A DNA stretch of 64,000 bases, taken from the NCBI RefSeq assembly GCF_001194135.2, contig NC_068981.1, positions 124,809,653-124,873,652 of the forward strand, in the 5' to 3' direction. The stretch comes from Octopus bimaculoides (taxonomy: Eukaryota). The notes under the pieces were generated by a model, which saw only the letters and a program-made list of their open reading frames with translations, ran no database searches and was not told the DNA's origin. A program made the translations under genes and the position numbers. Positions 1 through 12,315 of this stretch are shown in pieces (the first letter of the stretch is position 1; every line of letters starts with the position of its first letter).

Positions 1-38
<38 letters not shown>

Positions 39-45
39 TATATAT

Positions 46-88
<43 letters not shown>

Positions 89-133
89 TATATATACACA
101 TATATATATATACATATATATATATACATATAT

Positions 134-190
<57 letters not shown>

Positions 191-255
191 TATATATATA
201 CATACATACATATATATATATATACACATATATATATATATACACATATATATAC

Positions 256-286
<31 letters not shown>

Positions 287-295
287 TACACATAT
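1..295. repeat. Compound (TA)n/(CA)n microsatellite
   Basis: Near-pure TA and CA dinucleotide runs. Confidence 0.97.
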
Positions 296-909
296 ATTGA
301 TTCCATGTGTCTTCTTAACACTACCTGAGCAAATAACAATAATGTTTACATTTTCCAGTAAACAAAACTCTTGCATTTTCAGCAGATTTGGCAGCTTCAA
401 GACATAAGGACTACGGGAATGATAACATTATACTTACAAAACGATAAAGGTTGGCAACAGGAAGACCATCTGGCCATAGAAAATCTGCTTCAACAAATTC
501 AACGTAACCTGTGCCAGCATGGAAAGATGATGATGGTAGGTAGGTTAATATTTAGTCTATTTCTAGGAACAGAGAGAGGGTTGGTTTCTAACCCAAACCC
601 TAACGTTTTTCATTGAAATTTCAATAACATCAACAGGGAAGTTGCACGTGTGTGTCTGTGTGTGTTTGTGTGTGTGAAAATTTTTAGAGTATGTACACAT
701 GCAAGTTTGTAGGTTTTTTATGTATACTCATACATATAGTTGCACATCTAGATATGTGCATCTGTAATTATATGCTAAACTTCTGGAAAGTTTTACATAT
801 TTTGAAAGTATAGGTATACAGGCATTTCTTCAATTACCTGAATGTTGATGTTTGTCATGGTCAGTTATTTCAATATGTTGCAGCAGCAACAAAGACGTTT
901 GTTCCTTAC

Positions 910-1019
910 CTGTTCCATTACTTCAGGAGCCATCCAACACGGAGTTCCAACAAACGTATGCCGTACTGAATCCCGAGACAGATCTTTCCCAGTAGCAAGC
1001 CATGCACTAACACCAAAAT
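910..1019 (-). CDS. OXSR1/STK39: OSR1/SPAK-family kinase exon (DFG, activation loop, APE)
   Basis: 110 nt, ttttatag acceptor, CAG|gtaagg donor. Reads (D)[36 protein letters not shown], the OSR1/SPAK T-loop [12 protein letters not shown]. Confidence 0.97.
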
Positions 1020-1463
1020 CTATAAAATAAATGAAAAAACATGATTGACAAAAGCAGTCCTCTGTTAAAGCATGGTGTGAAAGTCTTCAAAATTTAACAT
1101 GCAAAAGCGATGGTCAGCAAAAACTCTGCATTGAGCAACAATACTAGAGATGAGTGGAATGTGTCAACAAGTCTTCTCTTGCCATAAGATGTTCTGAGAC
1201 CACCACCCCTCCCCATGCTTGTTATATGTATCATCACAGTAAACTCGAAGCTCTTTCTTCATAGTCCAGGCTTTTACCTCACAGAGGAAAATAATCTCTA
1301 TATATATCCAGAAGGTCAGCCTTGTTGACTTAGAAATATTTGATTAACAGCATTTCTCTTGTACAGCATTAAGATTTTAATACTACTCTTTGTTTCAGAC
1401 ACATAAACACACTAATTACAAAGTTCATTTTGAATCATTTTCTTCTCAATAATAGCCTTATTT

Positions 1464-1912
1464 AAGGAAGTGAGCTGGCAGAATTGTTAGCATGTCAAGC
1501 AAAATGCTTAGTGGCATTTCATTGGTCTTTTGCGTTCTGAGTTCAAGTCCACCAAGGTCAACTTTGCCTTTCATCTTTTCCAGGTCAGTAAATTAAGCAC
1601 CCATTAAGCACTGGGATCGATGTAATCGACTTACCTATCTTCTGCAAAAATGCTGGTCTTGTGCCAAACTTTGTAATAAATATTAGCCTTGTTTAAGGAG
1701 GCTAGCTAGCAGAATCATTAGTATGCCAGGCAAAATGCTTAGCAGCATTTTGTCTTTTTTTTACATTCTGTGTTCCAATTCCATCAAGGTCAACATTGCC
1801 TTTTGTCTTTTCAGAGTCAGTAAAATAAGTAGCAGTTGATCACTAGGGATGATGTAATCGACTTAACCCTCCTCTGAAATTGCTGGCCTTGTGGCAAAAT
1901 TTGAAACCAACA
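1464..1912 (+). mobile_element. Two head-to-tail copies of a tRNA-derived SINE (family B here)
   Basis: Both copies have gagctggcagaat..gcttag..ttctgagttcaa..ctttgcctttcat..ggccttgtgccaaa. The same family recurs many times in the window. Confidence 0.85.
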
Positions 1913-2035
1913 TCAGCCCTATTTTCAGAAATGATGGAATTGTACTGTTGTTGACATATAAACAATTAACAAATAAATACAATAGCACTTGAAGCATGAC
2001 ATGTAGAAAAGATGAAAGAAAATTAGATACCTTAC

Positions 2036-2091
2036 CTGCAATGTAAACAGAACCATCTGTTCCCAGTAACACATTACCAGCCTTTATGTCC
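2036..2091 (-). CDS. OXSR1/STK39: OSR1/SPAK-family kinase exon (catalytic loop)
   Basis: 56 nt, gtatttcag acceptor, G|gtaagg donor. Reads (R)DIKAGNVLLGTDGSVYIA(D); phases match both neighbours. Confidence 0.97.
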
Positions 2092-2411
2092 CTGAAATAC
2101 AGAATTTCTCACAAGTTAACATCTTTCATTTAATTTTTCTCAACAGTTCTAAATTGTAAAATGCTACCACATTTAAATATCTCAGATGTGTTATAGTTTT
2201 AACATGCTCGTCATTTTTCAGGCTATTCACTTTATCTTCAAGAGATGAAACAATTTCTCATGTTCATAGCTACACTATGTTTTTTGATTGTTGATCATCA
2301 TCAAATGTCTTATTCCTTAAATATGTATTAAAGATACATCAGGCCTTTGCAATGATAAACACTTCATATTCAACATCTGATTTGATAAAGCATGCACTGT
2401 AACAGAGCAGC

Positions 2412-2502
2412 AGTCATTTTAGCCAATAAACTGATCCCATACTGAGCACGCATGCAGAGTCATTTTAGCCAATAAACTGATCCTATACTGAGCACGCATG
2501 CA
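2412..2502. repeat. 46-bp direct tandem duplication
   Basis: agtcattttagccaataaactgatcc(c/t)atactgagcacgcatgca twice, one mismatch. Confidence 0.95.
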
Positions 2503-2964
2503 CACACACACATACACACACAAGCACGAAGCCTTCTAATAGTATATGTGCCATGAATTTCATTTTCCTTTCATTCATTTCCTCCATCTTTGGTTAGCAT
2601 CATATAATGCTTTCATGGGTGTGTAAAATGTGTAATAATGTATGTATAGTAGAGTATTTGGGTGTTTCATTATGTATAATTAATAAAGTGTTCAGTCATG
2701 CATGTATGTTTGTAGTTGTAAGTTGTTGAATCCCATGTCAGCTCTGATTGAGCCAACCTATAATGCCATGACTACCCTAACTTCTTGTATATCAGAAACT
2801 ACAGTTTTCAGTGTGTTCTTCTGGGTTTTTTTATAAGATTCCAGAGTGTGATTTGAGAAAGATCTGACCAGTATTTCTAGCATATTGGTAACCATATAAA
2901 AGATACCTTGTTGGTTTGTAATGATATGTGTGTATCATAAGTGGAATAGCATTGTAAGGTAAAT

Positions 2965-3480
<516 letters not shown>

Positions 3481-3640
3481 GATGCTACTGTCTATTATTC
3501 ATCTAATTTGCCTGCTAAGTTGGCCACTACCATTTTTGCCTAAGCTGTCTTTCTTGACAAAGCTTTACATTTTTGATATGCACACAGACCAGACTACATT
3601 CAAACAATCCATAGTTTAAAACAAAGGTTTAAAAATAAAG

Positions 3641-4412
3641 GCATGGCTGTATAGGTGAAAAGCTCGCTTTGCAACCACATGGTTTTCAATTCATGTCCCA
3701 CTGCATAGCACTTTGGCCAAATGTCTTCTACTATGTTGTTGGCACTCTGTCGCTTACGACGTCGAGGGTTCCAGTTGATCTGATCAACGGAACAACCTGC
3801 TCGTGAAATTAACATGCAAGTGGGTGAGCACTCTACAGACACGTGTACCCTTAACGTAGTTCTCAGGGATATTCAGCGTGACACAGTGTGACAAGGCTGA
3901 CCCTTTGAATTACAGGCACAACAGAAATAGGAAGTAAGAGTGAGAGAAAGTTGTGGTGAAAGAGTACAGCAGGGTTCGCCACGATCCCCTGCCGGAGCCT
4001 CGTGGAGCTTTAGGTGTTTTCGCTCAATAAACACTCACAACGCCCGGTCTGGGAATCGAAACCACGATCCAATGACCACAAGTCCGCTGCCCTAACCACT
4101 GGGCCATTGCGCCTCCACATCTTCTACTATAGCCCTGGCTCAACCAATGCCTCGTAAGAGATTTTGGTAGATGGAAAATGTGTGGAAACCAGTCACATGT
4201 TGTGCATGCACTCACTTCTTTTTGTGTCTGTTCCCCCCTCTCACCACTTGACAACTGATATAGGTTTGTTTTATATCTCTGTAACTGAGGAAAGAGACAA
4301 ATAGAATAAGAACTAGGCTTAGAAAATAAGTACTGGGGTCAGTTTGTTTGACAAAAATACTTCAAGGCAGTGCCCTAGTGTGACCACAACTCAATGACTA
4401 AAAACAAGTAAA
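3641..4412 (+). mobile_element. tRNA-derived SINE (family A here), split by a younger SINE
   Basis: Head ggcatggctgt..caaccacatgg, body resumes at 4120, tail gactaaaaacaagtaaa; matches the intact copy at 56033-56425. Confidence 0.85.
3735..4119 (-). mobile_element. Young tRNA-derived SINE (family C here) with 11-bp TSD
   Basis: Minus-strand head ggaggcgcaatggcccagtggttagggcagcgg with A box and B box (gtttcgattcc). TSD tcttctactat at 3724-3734 and 4120-4130; CpGs retained. Confidence 0.92.
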
Positions 4413-4804
4413 TGTTGAAGTCTAATCTGGTGCTACATGCATATACAAAAATAAGAGACTTGACAATCAAATACGAAACTGATTACAATGCCATGTAGAT
4501 GTAAATATTAGAAACCGTTTCATCTCTAGATGAGGTTAATAATTTGAAAAATTATAATTGTTTTCTCACATTTAACCTGAAGAATTAACATTGCTAGACC
4601 ATTTTCCTCAACCCAGAGATCTGTATGGATTACTGGATCAATTAATTCAAGATAGATGCCTATTATAATGCAATTGGCTAAATCACGAAAATGAACAGCT
4701 ATCATTCAAAACTTAGAATGTTTAATTAATGATAGTACAAATCAGCAACAAAATATAAACAAGATCTAAATTACACAGCTTTTACTCTTTGAAACCACCA
4801 TCAC

Positions 4805-5445
4805 CATCATCAACATTTAATATCCATTTTCCATGTTGGCATTGATTGGACAGCTTAACAGGAACTGGCATGGCCAGGAGCCACATCAGGTTTCACAGTC
4901 TGTTTTGGCTTTGTTGTGATTTTAGTTTTGATCACATGACTTTGATTGTCTCGATTGATGTTATTTGCCTACAGTGTGACTGCGCAGAGTTCTCTTCTCT
5001 TTACGGCACAAGGTGTTCTGTGTTAGTTTTTAGTTAGTCGAGACTGTAGCAACTCACTGCATAAAACTGTTATTGCGTTGAACTTTAGTTTTGCTTACAA
5101 TTTAACAACCTTTGTTTGTATTGTAGATTACTGTATTTTTAGTCAATTAAAACCTTTTAAACTTTGATATTCCAGTTTGGGTTTATAACAGGCTTGATTT
5201 CTATGGCTGGATGCCCTTCCTAATGCTAACCACTCCACAAAGTGTACCAGGTGCTTCTTACACGGTGCCATCATCAGCACATTTTACGTGGCACCAGCAT
5301 CAGTGCCTTCTATGAGCACCAGTACCTACATCAATGCTTTTTATGTGGCACCTAGATATTAGGATCTCAATTCTGTTGTGATGGACAGGTTTTCTCAAGT
5401 ACAGTAATGCACCACACATCTCAGTCCTGTCATCTCCTTCATAAG
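4805..5445 (-). mobile_element. Short element with RTE-type 3' tail, interrupted by a solo LTR
   Basis: (CAT)n, tttaatatccattttccatg and ggctggatgcccttcctaatgc are the reverse complement of the LINE tail at 7100-7234. Confidence 0.8.
4912..5190. mobile_element. Solo LTR (279 bp) with 5-bp TSD
   Basis: TGTTGTGA...TTATAACA termini (imperfect inverted repeat), GGCTT duplicated at 4907-4911 and 5191-5195; host repeat rejoins across it. Confidence 0.85.
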
Positions 5446-5522
5446 GTTAAACAAAAGAAATTTTTCTTTATTGCTAGAATTTTCATGAAAAGATGGTTAT
5501 AGAAAAATAATTTGATATTTAC

Positions 5523-5664
5523 CGATGTATTTGTCCATTGTTGTGGAAATAATCCAAACCTTTCAAAACCTCCTTCATTACAGTGGCAATAGAAACTTCA
5601 TCAAGCACTCCATTTTTACAGCTGGCTGACTTCATACGATTCTTAATTATATCTAACATTGAAC
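5523..5664 (-). CDS. OXSR1/STK39: OSR1/SPAK-family kinase exon (alphaD-alphaE to HR)
   Basis: 142 nt, ttgttgtag acceptor, CG|gtaaat donor. Reads (G)[46 protein letters not shown](R). Confidence 0.97.
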
Positions 5665-6257
5665 CTACAACAAAACAAAATGTAAAAACCATCTCAAACA
5701 TAGTTGTAATTGCTGTTAGTAGTATTATGTTGCAGCTGTTAGTTTTTTTATATTTCTAATTTGAAGTGTGAAGGGAGAGATGACTATATTAGTTTTGATA
5801 TTTAATGCAATAAATTAAAATCAAATACAAGTATTAAACCATTTTTCTGGTAAACTTCAGATAAAGATGGTCTGAATTTCTAGATTGACTGGATTTCTTG
5901 ATACAGGTTAAATATATACTTAAAATATAAAATAAACAATGAAAATTAAAGAACAAAACTGTATTTTTAGCTACTGCTTGTATGCTGTAGAACTTGCATT
6001 TCTGAACAAAACCATGTCAAAAACTTTAGGTTATGGCACACACAAAAAAACCCCCCAAAGAAAGAAAGAAAGAAAACAAATTGCACACAAAATTCAAGAC
6101 TAACTAATTTCAAAAATAACCAATTTTCGGGAATTCCCAGATTTCTGAAAGCCAGAAAATATGAGACAAAATATAATTATTCTGTCTCTAGATCACATTT
6201 CCTATAACATTTCTTGAGTTTATATTTACATCACAACTAGATTTTACTATTTCAGTC

Positions 6258-7234
6258 ACATGCCAGGGAGAAAAACTAGAAGTATTTGATAGCTTCCGTT
6301 ACCTAAGTGACCAAGTCAGTAGGAGGGAGTGGATGCTCTGAGAGCGTAGCTGCTAGAATAAGAATAGCCGGGGCAAAGTTCAGAGAGCTCCTACTTCTGC
6401 TGGTAAGAAAGGGCCTCTCGCTCAGAGTGAAAGGTAGACTGTATGACGGACGTGTGCGAACTGCCATGTTACACAGCAGTGAAACATGGGCTGTGACTGC
6501 TGAGGACATGTGTAAGCTTGCAAGAAATGAAGCTAGTATGCTCCGCTGGATGTGTAATGTCAGTGTGCATATATGACAGAGTGTAAGCGCCCTGAGACAA
6601 AAGTTGGACATAAGAAGCATCAGATGTGGTGTGCAAGAGAGATGACTGCGCTGATATGGTCATGTGTTGCATATGGTTGAGGAGAGTTGTGTGAAAAATT
6701 GTCACACCCTAAGAATGGAGGGAACCTGTGGAAGAGGTAGACCCAGGAAAACCTGAGATGAGGTGGTGAAGCATGACCTTCAAACGCTAGGCCTCACGGA
6801 GGCAACGACAAGTGACCGAGACCTTTGGAGATATGCTATGCTTGAGAAGACCCAGCAAACCAAGTGAGACCGTAAAAATGGCCTATGCCAGTGTCACATA
6901 ACCGGCCCATTTAAGAGTACCTGTCAATCATGAGGCAATATACTGTACTTGAGAAGACCTGTTAAGTGAAATTACTGTCGTGGCCAAATCCTGCGCAGGT
7001 GGCACGTAAAAAGCACCATTCGAGCATGGTCGAAGCCAGTACCGCCTGACTGGCCCTGTGCCAGTAGCACATAAAAAGTACCCACTACACTCAGAGTGGT
7101 TGGCATTAGGAAGGGCATCCAGCTGAAGAAACCTTGCCAGGACTGGTGTAGCCTCCTGGCTACACCAGTCCTCAGTCAAACTGTTCAATCCATGCCAGTA
7201 TGGAAAACGGATGTTAAATGATGATGATGATGAT
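6258..7234 (+). mobile_element. 5'-truncated RTE-clade LINE (post-RT C-terminus, 3' UTR, (GAT)n tail), decayed
   Basis: Translates to EKLEVFDSFRYL..SESVAARIRIAGAKFRELL..SETWAVTAEDM..MLRWMCNV..GRGRPRKT, typical of RTE ORF ends; stops and frameshifts present. Confidence 0.9.
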
Positions 7235-7448
7235 TTGTAGCAAGGCAATGCAATTCCTCAGTATTATTCAGCAGAACCTTTTTTATACAAGTATGCAGTA
7301 CTTCTCTCAAATTACAACCATACAGATTCCATCTTGGATCTAAACTATATTTGATACATAGAATTTGTTTTCTTTTTCATGGATATAGTTACTTTGAATT
7401 AACAGTTATGTCTAAATCACATATATATATATATATATGAGCGAGATC

Positions 7449-8368
7449 NNNNNNNNNNNNNNNNNNNNNNNNNNNNNNNNNNNNNNNNNNNNNNNNNNNN
7501 NNNNNNNNNNNNNNNNNNNNNNNNNNNNNNNNNNNNNNNNNNNNNNNNNNNNNNNNNNNNNNNNNNNNNNNNNNNNNNNNNNNNNNNNNNNNNNNNNNNN
7601 NNNNNNNNNNNNNNNNNNNNNNNNNNNNNNNNNNNNNNNNNNNNNNNNNNNNNNNNNNNNNNNNNNNNNNNNNNNNNNNNNNNNNNNNNNNNNNNNNNNN
7701 NNNNNNNNNNNNNNNNNNNNNNNNNNNNNNNNNNNNNNNNNNNNNNNNNNNNNNNNNNNNNNNNNNNNNNNNNNNNNNNNNNNNNNNNNNNNNNNNNNNN
7801 NNNNNNNNNNNNNNNNNNNNNNNNNNNNNNNNNNNNNNNNNNNNNNNNNNNNNNNNNNNNNNNNNNNNNNNNNNNNNNNNNNNNNNNNNNNNNNNNNNNN
7901 NNNNNNNNNNNNNNNNNNNNNNNNNNNNNNNNNNNNNNNNNNNNNNNNNNNNNNNNNNNNNNNNNNNNNNNNNNNNNNNNNNNNNNNNNNNNNNNNNNNN
8001 NNNNNNNNNNNNNNNNNNNNNNNNNNNNNNNNNNNNNNNNNNNNNNNNNNNNNNNNNNNNNNNNNNNNNNNNNNNNNNNNNNNNNNNNNNNNNNNNNNNN
8101 NNNNNNNNNNNNNNNNNNNNNNNNNNNNNNNNNNNNNNNNNNNNNNNNNNNNNNNNNNNNNNNNNNNNNNNNNNNNNNNNNNNNNNNNNNNNNNNNNNNN
8201 NNNNNNNNNNNNNNNNNNNNNNNNNNNNNNNNNNNNNNNNNNNNNNNNNNNNNNNNNNNNNNNNNNNNNNNNNNNNNNNNNNNNNNNNNNNNNNNNNNNN
8301 NNNNNNNNNNNNNNNNNNNNNNNNNNNNNNNNNNNNNNNNNNNNNNNNNNNNNNNNNNNNNNNNNNNN
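7449..8368. other. Assembly gap (N)
   Basis: Run of N. Other gaps: 30045-30596, 31805-31814, 34575-34674, 54056-54131, 60371-60920, 61808-61817. Confidence 1.
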
Positions 8369-8417
<49 letters not shown>

Positions 8418-9446
8418 TTAACTCTTACATCTATTGAAACTGATATCCAATTCACCTACCACTAACTGTAGTGTGTAAATCATAATCCATTGACTTGTAC
8501 AGCGCCTTGCTGCATGTACTGCTTATAAGTTCATGAAGGTGAACCTCCATCTCTTCATGTGCAGTCTTTTATACCACTCTCTAACTCGCTTTTCTCCAAC
8601 CACCTTGAAATTCTCATTACATTTTTATTCTCAGCCAGTGCTACTCCATTATTATTCACTTTAACACCTTACTGCTTTTTACTCTGCCTCTTTATCTCAT
8701 TCCCAATAGCTTCCAGTTTAGGAGAGAGATATCACTCTTCATTCTGTACCAGCAAGTCTTCAACTAGGAAAGCAATCAGGCTGAAATTAACTGATAGGAG
8801 TTGTGAAATACTCCAATTTTACAACGATAAGTTATCTAACTCTAGTGATGTTCTGATATATATATACACCTGGTCTTCTAATAAAACCAAAATATTATAG
8901 AGTAAACTGAAAAATACTGCAAACTAACAACAAGCCTCTCCATTGTCATTTAACCTGCAAGAAATAGCAATTAAATTTCTCCTAAATCACACCTTACTGT
9001 CCTGAAAACAGGGAGAAAACCCCAAATAAGTAGGATAGTCCAGGCAGAAGCTACTTTGAATGCAACTTTCTTCTATCAAGGTTGATCTGAGGCTAAACAA
9101 CAACTAAAATACTACCAGTGTTAGCAAATGTTATATTAGTGACGTGTATAGTAGGATGGTGAGTGACAGGTAGGGAGCACTCTGCAATAGTCATCAATTT
9201 ACTGATATCTTGTTTCTCTACTAAATCTCCTCTGAAGGATTAATGATAACATAGCAATGTTATAAAGCTTTGAGCCCTCAACTCCAGATAGAGTCAAAGA
9301 AGTACTTGCGTCTTAGGTATTTTTAAAACTTGGGCAAACCCATGCCTCTCATGGCATGATCACAGCTGAATTTCTTCCAGAGAGAAAGAGAAATGAATCA
9401 ACCCCAGTGCTACAGTGATACGTTACCTAGTGATCCTGAAGGGATG

Positions 9447-9699
9447 TGGAGGAGCATGGCTTAGTGGTTAGGGTGTTGGACTTAGGATCATAAGATTGTA
9501 GTTTCGATTCCTGGACTGGGAAACACATTGTGTTCTTGAGCAAAATATTTCATGTTGTTCCAGTCCACTCAGCTAACAAAAATGAGTAACCCTGAGATAG
9601 ACTGGCATCCCGTCCAGGTGGGGAATATATACGCCAAGGAAACCAGGAAATCAGCCCTATGAGTTTATATGACCAGGGAAGGAAAGGAACTAAGGATCC
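9447..9699 (+). mobile_element. tRNA-derived SINE (family D here) nested in an older repeat, with TSD
   Basis: Head ggagcatggcttagtggttagggtgttggac..gtttcgattcc. TSD tgatcctgaagg at 9431-9442 and 9700-9711. Confidence 0.85.
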
Positions 9700-10775
9700 T
9701 GATCCTGAAGGAACGAAAGGCCAAGTTGGCACTGAGTGGATTTAAACTCAGAGCACAAAAAGCCAGAATGAATACTGCTAAGCATTCAATACAATGTTAT
9801 AATGACTGTGAAGTTATAAGCAAATATTAACAATAGAGGAGTTAGGATATCAGTGTACCAGCATACACTGGCCAGAATTCTTGCAGGGAAAGAGTATAGG
9901 TAAGTTGTTTGAAATAAGTAATAAATATGAAGTGAAAAGGTTGGGATAGGCTTTTGTAAAAAAGAAAACAAAAAGAAAAAAAAAAGCAACTAAAATTATT
10001 TTCCACAAAAAGAATGAACAGATTAGCAGTGATATTAGTTTTTATGCGGCATGAGAAAGAGACATCAAAAATAAATAACAGGGGGTGTCATAATTGTGGC
10101 AGGGAAGTTTAATAGCTATGCTAAGATACATAAGCATAAATGCTGTGACACAAGCAAGTTAGGCTCAAGCATTTGTAGTTCTGTGTTGTAAATGATTTAT
10201 AATAAGTAATTAAACTTTAAGAAATCAGCAACATACTTGTGATATACTTGTAAAAGAGTGAAAGACAGCAAGAAACTACATATAAAAGTTAGGTAAACAA
10301 AAAACTCTACACCCACCTTGAACTTAACAAAATAAAAGAGTAGCACAAATGTAAGCAGTATACCATTGCCTTGAACTACAGAAATTAGAGACATGAAATG
10401 TTGGCAAAGAGGTATCTGTATGAAAAGCAGAGTAAATAGGATGAAGTGTGATGATGCATGACAGTAAATAACTGACAATGAATACAATGAATGCAGAGGG
10501 TCTAGAGAGATAAGATGAGTATGATCCATTAATGTGGTGCAAATAAATTCAAAGGTTCACATTTCAGCAAAGCAGCAATAGTCATAATGATTTTTTTTTT
10601 TTCTGTAGGAAGGATTACTGTGTCATGACTGATATTTATGAACACCAGAAGAATGAACAGCAAAGTGGAGCTTGGCAGGATTTGAACTCAGTACAAAGCA
10701 TTTTGTCCAATGTTCTACTAATTCTGTCAACCCTCCACTCTTTAAAATAATGACAATCTTTATTACTTTGGCATT

Positions 10776-10969
10776 CATCATCATTATCATCATCATCGTT
10801 TAACGTCTGCTTTCCATGCTAGCATGGGTTGGACGATTTGACTGAGGACTGGTGAAACCAGATGGCTACACCAGGCTCCAATCTAATTTGGCAGAGTTTC
10901 TACAGCTGGATGCCCTTCCTAACGCCAACCACTCAGAGAGTGTAGTGGGTGCTTTTACGTGTCACCCGC
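10776..10969 (-). mobile_element. Short RTE-tail retroposon
   Basis: Reverse complement of the LINE tail at about 7040-7234, with (CAT)n. Confidence 0.85.
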
Positions 10970-12064
10970 ATTAATAGCATTAAGCTATTAATTTGTAAGA
11001 CTGAAGTATAATTGGCTGAGTCACTTTCTAAGATATAATAGGTACACACGACAATGAAGGATGCAAATGGATGGGGGTGGGGATCCTGATGAAACTTAAC
11101 TTAAAACAAAGTGGATATACAAGGCATCCTGTCTGGCACTTTACCAATTCTACCCTTCTTCAATATCCAGAACTGCAACTTCTGAAGCTCCTTTTCTGCA
11201 CAAAGTGACTCCTCACTCAACCCTTAAAGCACAAATACTTGACAAACCAATGAGGAAGCCTTTACATGGTCACTTGGTCTGCTAGAAAAAGCAGCGAAAT
11301 CCCCTTCTCAAATCATACCATACCACATTTAAAAAATAGGACATATTGAATAATACAATCTTATATACAGCATTCCTGAAAACAAGACAGGATTGTCGTG
11401 GCTGAAATACTTTTGATCTTAAATCAGTTCAATGAGGGAAGCCTTCCAACTAAACAATAACCAGCAACAACTCTGAACATCAACAACAAATGCCTCACTT
11501 ACTTTGCTTGAAAGCTACCCCTCAACCTTAGAGAGAGAGTCAAAGGCACAGAACACTGGGAAGAAAGAGAATGAATGAATGACATGAAACTTGTTCAGAC
11601 TAATACCACTGCAGTAATGACTCAGTGATGTAATGACCCAGTCCTGTAATGACCTAGCACAGTAGCAGGCATAAAGTCAGCTACAGAATGATTGAATTAA
11701 AATCAATAAATCAAAGGTAGGTTCTTTCCTCTTCTGCAATCATATATTTGTATTCCCAGATCAAAAGAAACCATTGTCACTAGCAGCAGTGACAGTGCTT
11801 GTAGTAGTTGCAGTAGAGCAGCGTAAAATAAAATTGCAGAGATCCAGCCAAAATCTCTCAAGTACCATGACGATCAGAGTTCATGAACAATTCTTGTCAA
11901 CTCTGCCTTTCTTCCTTCTTGCGTCAACAGACCCACTCGTGATATAACAAGGGAAAAGAATTATCATCAGGAGTTGTGTTGAACAACTGTAGTCTGATGT
12001 AGGATGAATCCAACTATGAGCCTTAAGCCTATGTTAAAAAGCATTATCATTAATAGCGTAAAGA

Positions 12065-12315
12065 ATAAGGCAGCAAGCTGGCAGAATTGTTAGCATGCTG
12101 GGCGAAAAGCTTAACAGTATTTCATTCAGCCTTGCGTTCTGAGTTCAAATTCCACCAAAGTCAACTTTGCTTTTTATCTTTTCAGGGTCGACAAATTAAG
12201 TACCAGTCAAATACTGGAGTCAATAAATTAAGTATCAGTCAAGTACTGGGGTCGATGTAACTGATTATTGCCCCTCCCCACAAATTCCAAGCCTTGTGCC
12301 TATAGTAGAAAGGAT
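12065..12315 (+). mobile_element. Family B SINE with small internal duplication
   Basis: aaggcagcaagctggcagaatt...ccttgtgcctatagtagaaagg; aaattaagtaccagtcaa(a/g)tactgg is duplicated. Confidence 0.85.

Noticed and set aside
7412-8465. Long ORFs in the track here and at 29931-30654, 34464-34825 and 60132-61292
   Set aside because: They only read through N gaps and microsatellites.
8480-10530. Possible very old LINE endonuclease or RT remnants (8480-8830, 9990-10530; also 43000-43260)
   Set aside because: Only faint resemblance with no intact diagnostic motif, so left uncalled.
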